A DNA stretch of 64,000 bases from Callorhinchus milii (taxonomy: Eukaryota). This document shows positions 24,407-37,491 of the stretch, piece by piece. Position numbers and translations under genes: made by a program. How positions within the stretch are numbered: the first letter of the stretch is position 1; the number at the start of each line of letters is the position of its first letter. The DNA is taken from assembly GCF_018977255.1 (NCBI RefSeq), contig NW_024704742.1:81656001-81720000 (forward strand), read 5' to 3'. The notes under the pieces were generated by a model, which saw only the letters and a program-made list of their open reading frames with translations, searched no databases and was not told where the DNA came from.

Positions 24407-24893
24407 ACAACAACGACGACGACAACAAGAACAAAATGATATTTATAGAGCTCCTTTCATGTCGGGAGGACGTCCCAAAGCGCTGAACAGTCAGGTGTCG
24501 GGGCCTGAGGGTGGTGTTGGGGTGAGGGAAGGCAGAGAGGTGGGAGGATGACTGATCGAACAGGAGTGCCTTGAGACCGGCCTTGAAAGAGGCAAGGGAG
24601 GAAGCGAGGTGAAGGCACCGTGGGATGGAGTTCCAGAGTGTGGGAGCAGAGAGGCTGAAAGCCCGGCCACTGATGGTAGGGCAGGTCGGATGGGAGATAT
24701 GGAGCCGGCTGGAGCCCGCTGATCGGAGGGAGAGGACAGGTTGGTAGGGAATCATCAGATCAGAGAGGTAGGAGGGGGCAAGGCCATGGATGGCCTTGAA
24801 AGTGAGGACGAGGATCTTGAATTCGATCCTCTGAGGGATGGGGAGCCAGTGGAGTCGGGCGAGGGTGGGAGTAATGGGGTCCCACAGCCTGAA
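24407..24893 (-). mobile_element. L2 LINE 3' end (relatively young, ORF open)
   Basis: ORF 24363-24956: DPITPTLARLHWLPIPQRIEFKILVLTFKAIHGLAPSYLSDL...LWNSIP...FKAGLKA; tail stem-loop. Confidence 0.95.
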
Positions 24894-25272
24894 CCCATTG
24901 CTTATAAATAAAGCAAGTAAAAATGGGGCCCACAATCTTTTTGCTCTCAGGCCCACCAGTGATTAATCTAGCCCTGAATGTGCTAAATAGCAGCAGTTTA
25001 CTTAAAAAGGTTGTCTATGCTTCAATCTTTAATTGATAATAATATTCTTGCCAAATGTCTATAACATTATATTGTCTCAAAGGGCTGTATGGGAATTGCT
25101 GTCAGATATAGTGACTGCTCATTAGTTAGAGGTTTGCAGTATGTAGTTTGCAGTGCTCAATTCCTTGAGACTTTGGTTCTTTGTTTTAAGTCCAGTTCTT
25201 CAGTACGTTTCAGTATCTGTTAAGCATGTAAGATCATGCTGATTAAGTCATAATCTAAGACCAAGAAGCATT

Positions 25273-25780
25273 ACAACAAGGACAACATATTACATTTGTA
25301 TAATGCTTTTCACATTGGGAGGACATCCCAAACACTGGACAATCAAGGATGTGCACCTGAGCTGGGGGTTGGGATCAAGGGGCTGGATGGCAGGGAAAGT
25401 GGGGATAGGAGGTTGTCCAAAGGCACAGTCAAAGAGGAAGGTCTTGAGATGGGCCTTGAAGGATGCAAGAGAGGGAACATGATGAAGTTCCAAAGGGTGG
25501 GATTAGAAGGAGTGAAGGCCTGACCACTGATGGTGGGTCGGGCAGGGCAGTAGACATGGCTGGAGTCTGCTGAGTTTAGGAAGCGGATAGGCTGATAAGG
25601 GGTAGCAGGTCACAGAGGTAGGGAGGAGCAAGGCCATGGGGAGCTTTGAAAGTGAGGGCGAGGATTTTGAACTCGATCCAGCCAGCGGAGCTGGGAGAAG
25701 ATGGGGGTGATGGGTTCCAGGAATCTGATGCGGGAGAGTGCATGAATTGCAGAGATCTGAATAATCTGCATTTTACATAG
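25273..25780 (-). mobile_element. L2 LINE 3' fragment
   Basis: SLASFKAHLKTFLF translation and L2 tail. Confidence 0.88.
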
Positions 25781-26251
25781 CCTGTTAAGGTGTTAGCCAG
25801 AAATTAGTAATAGACTGCCAACCATCAGGAAGACATCTGCTTAGAATGAATCAGGGAACCCAAATTAGCCCCAGCAGAGAAAGAGAGAATAAGCTGCTTG
25901 TTCAGAATGGTTCATGTTTCTTCTGGTCAGATAAAGGATAAACTTCTCGGTAGAGATGTGAGGAGATGGGCAAGAATGTGGAGCTGGGAGGTAAGTGAGG
26001 GGTAGGGTTGGGGTCGAGGGACAAACTCAAAGGTTTTCTGCAATGCAATACTAATGAAAACAGCTTGCATTTATATAGGGTGGTATGGCGTCTCAGCGCA
26101 ATGACACAAATTAATTAATTTAACCAATTCTGTGTTATTGTAACTTTGTGTTGTAATCTTGCACTGAGTTTATTGTTTTGTTAATTTTCACATTGAAAGT
26201 TGTGTTATCTGTATCTGTGTATCAGTAAATATGGAAAGTGGGATTTATTTT

Positions 26252-26577
26252 GGTCAGCTGTGTATCTGACGTACATGGAAATCCAAACACATGCTTAAGA
26301 GTTTCCAAACTGAACTACTGAGAGTTCCGCATTTTGTACATGTGCTTTCTCTTTGTTTGATATAGAATTCACATTCTCTCCCCAGAGGGACACATGTGTT
26401 TTTCCTAATCCCAGTGAGTTTAGGTTCTGGCTAGCAAGGTTTAGGGGCTCTATACTGACCTTCAGGTTCTTGCTGGAGCTCAGTCAGGTAAAACGCTCAT
26501 CTTACTATTGCAGGGCACTGAGAAGCTTCCTCCTGCTTGTCCAGCTGGATCCACCCTACCTGCTTTGGCTTGTATAG
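26252..26577 (-). mobile_element. Family C fragment (diverged)
   Basis: ggtcagctgtgtatctgac...catgcttaagag...ccccagagggacaca. Confidence 0.75.
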
Positions 26578-26639
26578 TTATCAAAAGCTAAATAAGAAGC
26601 ATCCCAGCCCCTATTGATTGCTCTATTCCTTCAAATCCT

Positions 26640-27060
26640 GCAATGCACCATGCTTGATTGTCCATCATCAACACTGCCCTGGAGTACTGTGGATCATCTG
26701 GTTTGAGTATCAGACTATCTAGACTGTCACAAAGACTCAAAACTATGCCGATCCCTATTATGGTTAGGGTTGGAGCAACACAGCTCAAAGGAAACCCATT
26801 CTTGATATTTCTCTATGTTGTGAGCTCAGAGATCAATTGTATTCTTGTTAATGCTCCACTTCACTGCCATTGGTGACTGATAATGACAATTTCAATTAAG
26901 TGCGTTCATCTAGGATGGATTCAAGTCATCTGGATTTGATAACATATATGCTCATATACACACAGAGCTATGAATTGTAATTTAGGATCCATCTCCTCCT
27001 ACATTACTGATGTCTCATCTGAAATTTTGAAGCAATATCTCATCTACAATCTTTTTTTAT
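26640..27060 (+). mobile_element. Very old L2-like RT fragment
   Basis: Degenerate TVDH and YA..TQ/ELY-like motifs in the expected order, upstream of an L2 3' end. Confidence 0.4.
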
Positions 27061-27239
27061 GGTATAAGTTACTTGGTTTCACTACAACATTATTTAATAA
27101 CTACTCTAAAATGACTTGGGCAATAGCTCCTGTGTGTTATGATTATCTGTCCCAAACTGCAAAATGGGAACAAATGGAAATGAGGAATGCTTTCCAATTT
27201 TACTTAAAAGAGGAACATTGAAACTAAATTACATTAAAC

Positions 27240-27672
27240 TTCACACCCCATTATCCCACTCCTTGCTAGGCTTCACTGGCTTCCTATTGCAGAATAGATC
27301 AATGTCAAGATCCTCACCCTCACACCCAAATCATGCCCTGGCATCTCCTTGTCTCTCCTATCTACTTACACCTCACTCCACTACCCACCCCCTGCACTCA
27401 GCTGGCTCTGCCCTCCTGCATGTCCCTTGATGCTCCACTCCACCATCGTCGGCCGTGCTTTCAGCTAGTACTCCCCGAGATTTTGGAACTCTGCCTCAAT
27501 CTCCCTGCCTTGCCTCTTTTTGTATGTCTTCAGATCACACCCGAAGACCTTCCTCCTTGATCATGCCAACAATCACCTCACTTCCCGCCTCCGAGTCAAG
27601 CTCCACCACTGGTAAGACCTCTGAGAATGCTACCCCGTGTGAAGGGTGCTATATAAATACAACTTGTCGTTG
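27240..27672 (+). mobile_element. Old L2 LINE 3' end
   Basis: PLLARLHWLP...KIL; tail gaagggtgctatataaat. Confidence 0.85.
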
Positions 27673-28899
27673 AACAGTGCTGATGATTACAGCTTTCAAT
27701 CTACTATCTTTATCTTATTGCACTGCGGTGAGTGTACGTGCTGGAGTACATATTCTGCTATTAATGGAAGATGTTACTATACTTGAGAACTGAGATTTGG
27801 TGTAACATTTTGCAGTGGTTTATTAACCTATTTCTTGTGTAAATACAAGGAAGGGATGAAGAAATTACCCATTTATGAAAGAAAAGTTGAAGAAAATATG
27901 AAGAGTTAAAGAACATAAGGGTGAAGAAAATATGTTACCCCTTTATTTCTGCAATGTACAGAGATGCTCATTCAACCTTTAAAACTGAGGCCTGTAACTT
28001 TTTTCTTTAATAACTCCAGCCTGTAAATATCAAAGCTATGAATATGGAAACTTGCTTAAGGAGTAAAATCACTGACAGACAGAGGCCTGTGGTAAGTCGT
28101 ACCACTGTGGGTTTATCGGAAGCTGTCAATTGCTGCTTCTTTAAAAGATTGCCGAAAAGAGTGGGGTGAAAAATATGACCTTTGATAACAGATACAATGG
28201 GATGAATCTGTTATGAAATGCTGTGTTTTCCATCCCTTCATTTTTCACTGCTACAGAATCTCTGATTCTAACTGTGTTGCTTGAGCTTTATGTTGATGAT
28301 ACCCTTGGAGGCCGGCACCCTGCATCGCAGTCTTGTAACATGCCCACCCACACTCCGCTCTGAGTCTCTGTTTGACATGACCCAGGTGTTTTCCGAATTA
28401 CCCTTCTTGATTTGTGTGCAGAGGTGCTAGCAGAATATCAGTGGAACGGAACCCAAGCTCTTGTGAATCACAGTGGAAATGATGTTGCACAACAGGCTCT
28501 CTCTGAATGAAATTAAAAGATTAGCAGCTACTGTTATCTGGAGCAGACTCCTGCTCATAATTTGAGACAATGTGAAAGCTGTTGCATCTTAAAGGGGAAA
28601 TGTCACCTAATGCTCAATATTTTAACAGGAAACACTTAAATTCATTTGTATCAATTACATTCATACAAATGTAATTTTGTTGTTGTTGTTGTTGAACCTT
28701 AAACTCAATCTCCCATTATTATTAATTTTGTACCTTTTGTTTGAAAAAGACTTTTCTCCCTATAGGTGCTATTTTCTATGTACCCAACTATCTTTAACTT
28801 AAATACTTTTCTCCTTATATCGCTATATCAAATGCAAGCATTATTATTATTAGCAATAGATATTTTGATGTGAAGAAGAGAATACAGGGGTATGAGGGA

Positions 28900-29243
28900 C
28901 GCAAGCGAGAGGACCTGGGTTCAATTCCCAGGCAGGGTGAAACGTTGGGCAAGGTTTCTTACTCCACACACCTCTATTTACTTAGCAGTAAGTAGGAACC
29001 CAATTGTTAGTCGATTGACAGATCAATTTTCTGGGAGTAATCATCCCTATAGAAAAATAAATAAAATAATAATTTGGTCAACCAATCCACTACTGTTTGT
29101 AGGACACGATTGTGTGCAATTGGCTGCTGTGTTTTGCCCACAAAATATACAATCAATTCACTTCACAGTATATTCTGTGAAGCATTTTGAGATGTCTTGA
29201 AGATGTGATAAGGCGATGTATCAAATGCAAAGATTATTATTAT
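28900..29243 (+). mobile_element. SINE family A long form, 5'-truncated
   Basis: Begins in the anticodon arm; internal segment and old-type tail. Confidence 0.9.
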
Positions 29244-29559
29244 AACCATGAAAGAAAGGGAATAGAGGGGTATGAGGTAATAACAACATTGAGACACTTT
29301 AAGAGTTAAAGTCGTGGGTTAGAGGCTGCTTAGGTATTTTAATGCTCTATTCCAGTGATGATTGAAACTGATGGGCTGAGAACAGAGCTCCTTTGTATCA
29401 TTGAGGTTGTGGGATAATTTGAGCAAACTTAATTTCCCTTTTAACAATTGCTTTAACAACTGAAGCATCAGAATGAATGGAGAAATATCAAAGGTTATGA
29501 ATACGTGTACTGGCGTTGGCACCTCCCTACCTCTCCGACTTGCTTATTCTCCAATCCAC

Positions 29560-29742
29560 TATCCCTCTGCCTTAGCCCTCTTTCCCCAACTTCAGGTCAC
29601 AACTGAAGACCTTTCTCTTCGACCGTACCTCCAGTCACCTTCCCAGTCCCCCAGCTCGGTGTCATGTTCCGCCACTATCAAGCGCTCTGGGATGCTATTC
29701 TCTGTGAGGGGCGCTATATAAGTGCGAGTTATTGTTGTTCTT
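29560..29742 (+). mobile_element. Old L2 tail
   Basis: agcgctctgggatgct...ggggcgctatataagtg and (TTG)-like end. Confidence 0.75.
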
Positions 29743-30174
29743 GTTCCATGTTTGTCTTCAAATCCAATCACCCATCTGATTACTAAAAATAAAATAAAGT
29801 ATTGAGACTTTAGTCCATCAACTACCACCCGCCCTCCCACCTATATAAATGATATGATCTCATTTACTTTATGATCTGGAGCGAAACTATTGAAAGCTAT
29901 TCTCTGAAGCCCAAAGGTAATCATGCATAAAGTCTACATAATTTACATTTCCTTATATCTCCACAACATACAACTCTGGACTCACTTCCTCTAGAGACTC
30001 CTTCCCCCTCATTCTGCCTTATGGTAGAGCACACTTGTTTATTTCAGTTTGCACCTATTGCTATATGATCCAATATTATTCTCAAGCAGATAATTATCCT
30101 TTTTTTGTGAAGGAGTTAATTAAAGGACATTATTCTTGGTGGGGGGGGGAATCTCTTCCAATCTTTAGTGTTGT

Positions 30175-30640
30175 TTGAAGCATTTTAAATATAAAGCTAT
30201 GCATACCCTCCTATTTTGCTATAATAGTCTAAGTCAAATAGTTTGCTTATATCCACACTATATGACGTAGATATAAGCAAACTATTTGACATCATATTCA
30301 AGTTCTACGTCTTATAATATTAAAGTTGTGGATTATGTCTCATTTTCATCTTTTTCTATTAAGATCAGGTCCAACTCTTTGAATATTTCCTCATCATTTA
30401 CTTTCAGAATCATCTCAGCATCCTGTCCAAAATTTAAATTACCTTGTAGCGAAAAGGTGCCCAAAACTGGACACATGTATGACTCCTTAAAGTTATTTAA
30501 TGAAAGGAATGCCTTAAGGAATACTCAAAGATTTCTTCCTTGCCTATGTGGCAATGACATAAACTCTATTCATTTACTTGAGTAATGGGTGCTCTACTCC
30601 CAGTCACTGATGCTCACTTCTACACTTCAGCAAGATTGTG
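30175..30640 (-). mobile_element. Very old CR1 fragment
   Basis: ggtgcccaaaactggacaca reads CVQFWAP on the minus strand. Confidence 0.55.
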
Positions 30641-30655
30641 TGTCATCATTAAGTG

Positions 30656-31098
30656 TCAGTCTGGCTCAGTGGTGGCACTTTTGCCTCTGAGTCAGAAGGT
30701 TATGGTTCAAGCACCACGTAGTAACTTGGAATCACATAGTCCAAGCTGATACTCCAATGCAGTGCTAGGGGATGTTGCGTTGTCAGAGGTGACATCCTTT
30801 GGATAAAACATTAAGCCAAGGTCCCATCTGCCCATTCAAGTGGACATTAAAGATTCCATTGCACTATTCAAAAGGAGAAGGGAGTTTTTCATGGCGTCCT
30901 GTCCAACAAATTCCCCAAATAAAATTGATCACTCATTCCATGCCTGTTTGTGGAACATTACTGTGTGCAATTGGCTGCCAAGTTTCACCCACAAAATACA
31001 CAGTCAAACCACTTTACAGTGTATCCTGTGAAGTGCTTTGAGATGTCAGGACAAAGCGTTAAGGCACTATATCAAATGCAAGGATTAATATTAGTATT
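30656..31098 (+). mobile_element. Deu-domain SINE (family B), full length
   Basis: A box TGGCTCAGTGG, B box GGTTCAAGC, Deu core, 3' body shared with family A, tail. Confidence 0.92.
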
Positions 31099-34000
31099 AA
31101 GAAGAACACCATTCAACTCATTTGATGTTATTCTGTTAATTACCCCAGGGTATTTTCATTCTCATCCATGATAAGTTTGCGGAGCACATACTTTTTGACA
31201 TATGGTTGAGTGCTCTCAAGGTGCACCCGGTTATTTACGTGGCTTTGTTGATAACAGACTCAATGGTGTTATTGGGAGCCTTGAGGGAGTGATTTCTTCT
31301 TTAATGTTTCTAACATTGGTTTAAAAATATCAGAGCTTACTTATCCTTCCACAAATTCCTTCTCCTATTTGATTCTTTTGCTTGACTACTTTTTTCCTTA
31401 ACCCTAAACTTTAATTTCTTGCCTTCAGTTCAACCTCCTCTTTTGTCCAGTGCATCTATTTTCCTCAGAACCCCTCTCCTCATATTTGCTTTTCCTTTCT
31501 CAATGATTGCCTCAAATCTCCTGTAGAGCCATTACGAATCTCATCCTCAAATTATAGTTGCTCCCTTTCAGTCTCCCAATGCTGCAGCATCATGTAATTT
31601 ACAACCACGTATATTTATGAAGGGTTACATTGGGCAATTAGTAAAATAGTACCCTAGAATGATCTGTAATAAAGATTATCTGTATTAATATCTGTATCCT
31701 CTGTCACTGACGGTTCTACACTTCCCATTTGTGCTTGTTTGAACAAGCCCATGTTGGAAAAAGACAAGGAGATGGAGGAAATATTTATGGGGAGAAAAGG
31801 AAAAGACAGATAGAAACAGACAGGGAAGAGACAAAGAGAGTTAGAGACCGGGCCTGCAGAGATCTGTTCTGGTGAATTGATCATTCCTCGTCTACATGAG
31901 CAACCAGCTTAAATATGAAGGAAAGGACCTTGCAATTTTTTTTGGCTACTGACATTCAATACAATTCCATCCAATGCAGAAAGAGAGAGATTTCCCTTTG
32001 AGTTTAATTCTTCAGTAGAGATTTCAGTCCCACAATAATTCATGTTAAAAAAGACTCATAAACACCACCAATATTTTAGCTCCTGGTTTTCATTTTTTCT
32101 AGGATTTAGGCCAATTCTTTCAAGTTATTAAGAATCTGTAGATGAATGAGGGCAGACAAAATTGATCATTAATTTCCTTCGGAAGCACTCGGGTGGAATT
32201 AATGATGTGATAATTTGTGATTAAGATGAGCAACACATTATAGACGACAGAGTAAATGCAATGGATACCGATCAATGATACCTGGATTTGAGGATAATGT
32301 TGATACTTAATGACCCTGCTTCACTAGAATCAATGAACACTGAAGCCTGTCAGAAGGAATTATGAGGCTTTTACTGGACTGTGGATTATAACCAACAGTC
32401 ATTTTCAGCCAGCCCAAATAGAAGGGAAGAAAGTGCCTTTATTGACATGCAGAACTGCAATAAATGAGTTTGTGCCAGTCAGATATAACCAGGAGCATGT
32501 TAAGATACGCAGGCTACAGTTATTCATTAAAATCCAAATTGGTTTTTAATGCCCTTGATACACTATTTCATTACCTCTGTGCACCGGGCGCAAAGTCGAT
32601 CTGCGCACATGCAGAATTTGAATCCAGCGCAAGTAAAAAAACTGGGGCTGTGTGTCGAGTGGCAATTTTAATATCCTGTCAATCAAAAGTTAGGGAATAA
32701 ATGACTGGATTTGAGATGTGGGGAAGGAAGCGCAGTACACTTTCTACATGATTCATTGATACAAAGCATCCAGATAACATGTATGAATAGAAGGTCCTTT
32801 GTGTATTATCCCCTTACTAATCACAGAAAAAAAACAGACTTGAAGGCTGATTTAAGTAAAGGTAAGGAAAAAATGTTATCTTAGTCTTGGTAACATATAA
32901 TACTCTCATTGGTTTACCATAGCTTGTCAGCAAAAGCACTTTATGGATAAAGTCTTTATCTGGTTGTGAAATCAATCTTTAATGTTTGATAATTAGCAAA
33001 CAGTTTGTTCCAATATCTAGAAAATGACAAGCAAACTTGGTGCTGCTGTAAACAGCAGAACAGATCAGGGAAGGACAGGTTCAGCCACAAGGTGAATCCT
33101 ATTGCAAAGCTGATTACATGCGGCTGTTCAAATTAATTCTCTATACTTTCTTGTAAAACTATTTCAACTTGTTTCCTTAAAATGCAAATATATAGCAGTC
33201 GTTTGGGGCTAAGAGACAAATATTGAACTGGTTCACTTTCAGACCTTACCTATCTCAGAGCATGAGTTTCATTAGTGCAAAATAATATCATCCATCTTTT
33301 GGGAAAGTTGGTTCAAAGTTTATCCTTAATCTTCTCCAAACTAAATCTTTATGAGGTGTTCTACTCAAAGAATAATAAAAGTAGTCTTCCAAAATCTGAG
33401 CGCCATAGGTTCGAAAAAAAACAGCAAAAGGTAACTTGCTTTCCATTTCAATTCTTTTCAATTCAACTGAAAGATTTATAATTTGCAGGATATTGTGGTC
33501 AACTATTATGACTCTGATCATCTCTTCTGTTTGATCTTTCATTTGCGCATGACATGCAATCACTTCACTTTACAGTGTATCCTGGGAAACACTTTGAGAT
33601 GCCTTCCTGATGTGAAAGGCTCAGTATAAATGTGAGGATTATTATTGTATTATGTCTTGTGATTACAGCAGATCGATGCAGTGATTGAGTACAATTTATT
33701 GCAATACAAAATATATTTACATTTATGTAGCACCTTTCATGTTTGGAGGACACTTAACAATACTGACTTGGCACTTGAGTTGGGGATGGGAGCATTGTCG
33801 TAGACTTTTAACTCTCCATATAAAGGACACACAAAAAAAATTGAATCCGACATCAGTAAAGATGTTTGCACTTTGGGCTGTCAGCACGTATTAGTGTACT
33901 GCACAACCAGCGGGATTGCTGAAGAAGTTGATTCCTTAAATATATGGGTCATTTTCTCCATTCCCTGCTTAACTTTCTTTAACTTTGCACTTTGTGCAGT

Positions 34001-34693
34001 GCTTCATAGTTACACTGAGACCCGCATCATTTGAACTAAGCACTTGCTTTAAAAGCATTCTGCACTTAAAACTAAACTGCCTCTGACTCCCATGAAAGAA
34101 ATACATTTCACTTTACAGCTGAAGGACAGCCTCTGTCAATGTGCCTTTCAGGTAAAAATTGACCTCTTCAAAGAATCATATAAAGGGAGGGAAGGAGGAG
34201 GGGAATAAATGTCATATATTTGTTCCATTATCTTAGAAAGTCTTTGTGAAACATGTAATACTCTTATTACAGTTCACCATCAATTCTGATGTGCAATTAC
34301 ACTGCAGAGCACTTTGCATTTTCTTGTCTTATTTTACAGCAAACCCGTGAAGAATAAAGATAAAATGGGACATTTCAAAGAATGGGGAAATGGAATTAGA
34401 GTGGATAGCTCCAGCTGGGGAAAGAGCACCAGCAAAGTCATAATGGTCTGAATGGCCTCTGTCTGTGATAACATTTCCACAATTCTACGAAAATTATTAC
34501 CCTTAAAACTGTTTTCAGTACATAAAATATAAACACATATAGCTGGAATAAAGGCAATGCTTTTAGCATAGCCCTATAATTTTCTAAACAATAAACGCAT
34601 GACAAGATAACCTACAGTTTGGGAATGAACAAGGAAAGAATGACATCAGCAAAGTCCTCCAAATATCATTTTCCAGTGCTATCAGGCTTTTAC

Positions 34694-34788
34694 CTGTAAT
34701 TTAGCAATCTGGCCTCAGTATTCCTCCAGTAAGATCTTGATCACTTTCCTGTACATCCCACAAGTCAACTTGTCCCATGAAGTGAATT
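34694..34788 (-). other. Candidate spliced exon, apparently non-coding
   Basis: ACTAAT branch-like site, pyrimidine tract ending in CTAG acceptor, CAG|GTAAAA donor; stops in all three frames. Confidence 0.35.
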
Positions 34789-34921
34789 CTAGAAAAAAAA
34801 GAAATGAAAATTAGTACACTGTAAAACAATTCAAATTGTTAACCACTGTCCTCTGTGAACTGTCAGCAATGCAGCACTCTAAGATATTATCCTATGTGAA
34901 GAGTGCTATATAAATTCAAGT

Positions 34922-35228
34922 GTGGAGTCCTGTAGAGTATTGTTTGGAGCACTTGCTGGGCAAAACTTTAGGCAAGTTTCCTCACTCCACACGCCTCTGT
35001 TTACCTAGCAGCAAATAGGAACCTGGCTGTTAGTCGATTGGCAAATCACTTTTCCGGGCTCGTAATCCCTTAAATAAAATGCGGTCACTCAATCCACGGC
35101 TGTTTGTAGGCCACTGCTGTGTGCAATTGCCCCCGAAAAATATACAGTAATTTCACTATTCTGTGAAGCACTTTGAGACATCTCAACGATGTGATAATGT
35201 GTTAAATCAATTGCAGATTATTATTTAA
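34922..35228 (+). mobile_element. SINE family A long form, damaged head
   Basis: gtggagtcctgtag start, internal segment, tail. Confidence 0.85.
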
Positions 35229-35315
35229 TAATGTTGGTGCCCAAACAAAACTACAGACTTCAACCCTATATACAGAGTGTAATTGTCAAAGATCACATGG
35301 ACACCCTGTGTGTGT

Positions 35316-35339
35316 GGGGGGGGGGGGGGGGTAGGGGGG
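35316..35339 (+). repeat. Poly-G run
   Basis: Seen directly. Confidence 0.9.
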
Positions 35340-35413
35340 CAGCTGGGTGTCTGACACATGTGGAAACCCATCACCATGCTTAAGACTATTCAAATGAAAC
35401 TGAGAGTTCCACA
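35340..35413 (-). mobile_element. Family C terminal fragment
   Basis: cagctgggtgtctgacacatgtggaaacccatcaccatgcttaag. Confidence 0.8.
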
Positions 35414-35574
35414 TATGAACATCACTCATTAATGCCCTGTGGATCTAAAAGGATCTAAAAGAAAGAAAGCACAGAACATAAGAGAAAAGTATTTCTTCAT
35501 TTGCTTTGTTTTTTCCCACTTCAACAAAACTTCAGGTTATTCCTGGCATCAGAAACAAGAATGTGTGGCAAAGG

Positions 35575-35950
35575 ATGGCAATAGTAAAGAGAGCAAGCAG
35601 GATCTTGGGTGTAAAGCTCAAAGCATGTGACATATGTCAGAGGAAGTGACATTTTCAACAGAGCACTGATATAGCCTCACCTGGATATTGTGTACCGTTC
35701 TGGTGGCTTTATGACAATCTGGGTAGCTTATGACTGGAGATGTTATGAAAGACAACTAAATTGTTAACAGGATTTAAGCAACTGAGTTATGCAGAGACAC
35801 TAAAGCTGGTAATATCATATTGGAAAAGGGAATCCTCGGGAGAGTTCTTATTAAATATTTAAAACCCTAAAGGGTATAAACTTAACTCTAATACAGGAAT
35901 ATGTTTAATTTAGTCAAAAGCCCCAACAAGAAAGTAAGAACTCAAGCTCA
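35575..35950 (+). mobile_element. Old CR1 ORF2 fragment
   Basis: ASRILGC, PHLDIVYRSG/YCVPFW and LSYAETL motifs. Confidence 0.7.
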
Positions 35951-35962
35951 GAATGGGGGAAG

Positions 35963-36185
35963 ATAATAATAATAATGTTTGCATTTGATTTAGTGCCTTA
36001 TCAAGACATCTCAAAACACTTCACAGAATATAATGTAAAGTGAATTGACTGTTTATTTTGTGGGCGAAACAAGGCAGCCAATTGCACGCAGCAGTGGCCC
36101 ACAAACAGTTGTGGATTGAGTGACCAAATTTTTATTATTATTTATTATTTTTTGAAAAAACATTTTTTTGAAGGGATAACCCCAC
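35963..36185 (-). mobile_element. SINE family A 3' part
   Basis: Reverse-complement body and tail. Confidence 0.85.
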
Positions 36186-36519
36186 CGAGTACATTTACTT
36201 CCCAGAATTTGTGAAGCTGCAGACCAATTGTGGTATAAACTAATCAAGTCCAGTCTGTAATAATAATAAGAAAGTCCTTATGGAGTTAGACCAAAAATAA
36301 GCCACACCTCCGGAGAAAGAAAATCACCCATGTCTCTGGGGGAGAAAAATATTAAATGGCACAAAACATAATCTGCCATGTTAGAAACTGAAGAAAACCA
36401 ATGGCAAGCCTAACCTGTTGTCATCAAGTGAAGTTCATTTCACTTTTTAATCACAATTAATGGATACATTCTGTACACAGAGGAGTATGCGGTTACATGT
36501 GGCTCTCAGGTAACCTTGT

Positions 36520-36690
36520 TGTAAAGGCTCTACCTGATATTGCAGGAAACTGAACAGAGCAGAAGGTTTCTGGTTGGATTCTGCTGTGTGCCTTATCAAC
36601 CAGGCAATAGAATTAGCTTTCAAGGTGCTGGAAGGGGAGGGATAAAGAACAGCTCAGGTGCCTGATCATTATCCATTCCCCTTCTTGCAA
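36520..36690 (+). repeat. Ancient SINE-like repeat (family D)
   Basis: Similar to 1925-2075 and to the reverse complement of 1240-1400. Confidence 0.4.
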
Positions 36691-36732
36691 AACTTGAATG
36701 CAATTATTGCTAACAATTGAACTGCTTTAGGT

Positions 36733-37000
36733 ATCAATCTGGCTCAGTTGGTAGTATTTTTGTGCCTCGGTTAGAAATTTGTGAGTTCAAGTCCCTGTGG
36801 GACTTTGAACTCACAGTCTGGGCTGATACTCCAATCTGGGGATGCTTTGCATTGTCAGAGGTTTATCCTTTGGATGAAGTATTAAACAAGGTCCTCTTTA
36901 TCTTTTCAGGTGGACATTAAAGATCCCAGGGGACGATTCGAAAAGAGAAGGGAGTTTCTCCTGTTGACCTGGCCAACAATCATTCGCTGGCCAACAGGGT
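36733..37000 (+). mobile_element. Deu-domain SINE (family B) 5' part
   Basis: tggctcagttggtag head; caggtggacattaaagatccca. Confidence 0.88.
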
Positions 37001-37144
37001 TGATTACGTGGAATAGACTATTCACAAAAATGGTGGAAACATCTTCCTGAGTAGTCTATTCCACATATTGTGTCAGCAAACTCAAGAAGAAATTAAGAAG
37101 CTAATGGATAAAAACAAACAATTGAGGTGTTTAAATGGTACCCC

Positions 37145-37491
37145 TAGCATTTATATAGCACCTCATTACGTCTTCTAGATGTCACAAAGTGCCTCACAGA
37201 ATATACTATAATGTGAATTGACTGTATATTTTGTGGGTGAAGTGTGGCGGCCAATTACGGACAGCAGTGTCCCACAAACAGACAAGGATTGAGTAACCAA
37301 ATTATTATTGTTGGGGGGGAAGGGATTATCACCACTGGAAAGCTATCTGCTAATCATCTAACAACTGGGTTCCTACTTACTGCTAGGCAAACAGAAGCGT
37401 GTGGAGTAAGGAAACTTGCCCAACATTTCACCCTGCCCGGGAATCAAACTTAGCTTGCGAAGCAAGTGCTCTAACCACTGAGTTACAGGAC
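37145..37491 (-). mobile_element. SINE family A long form
   Basis: Head, internal segment, tail. Confidence 0.9.
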
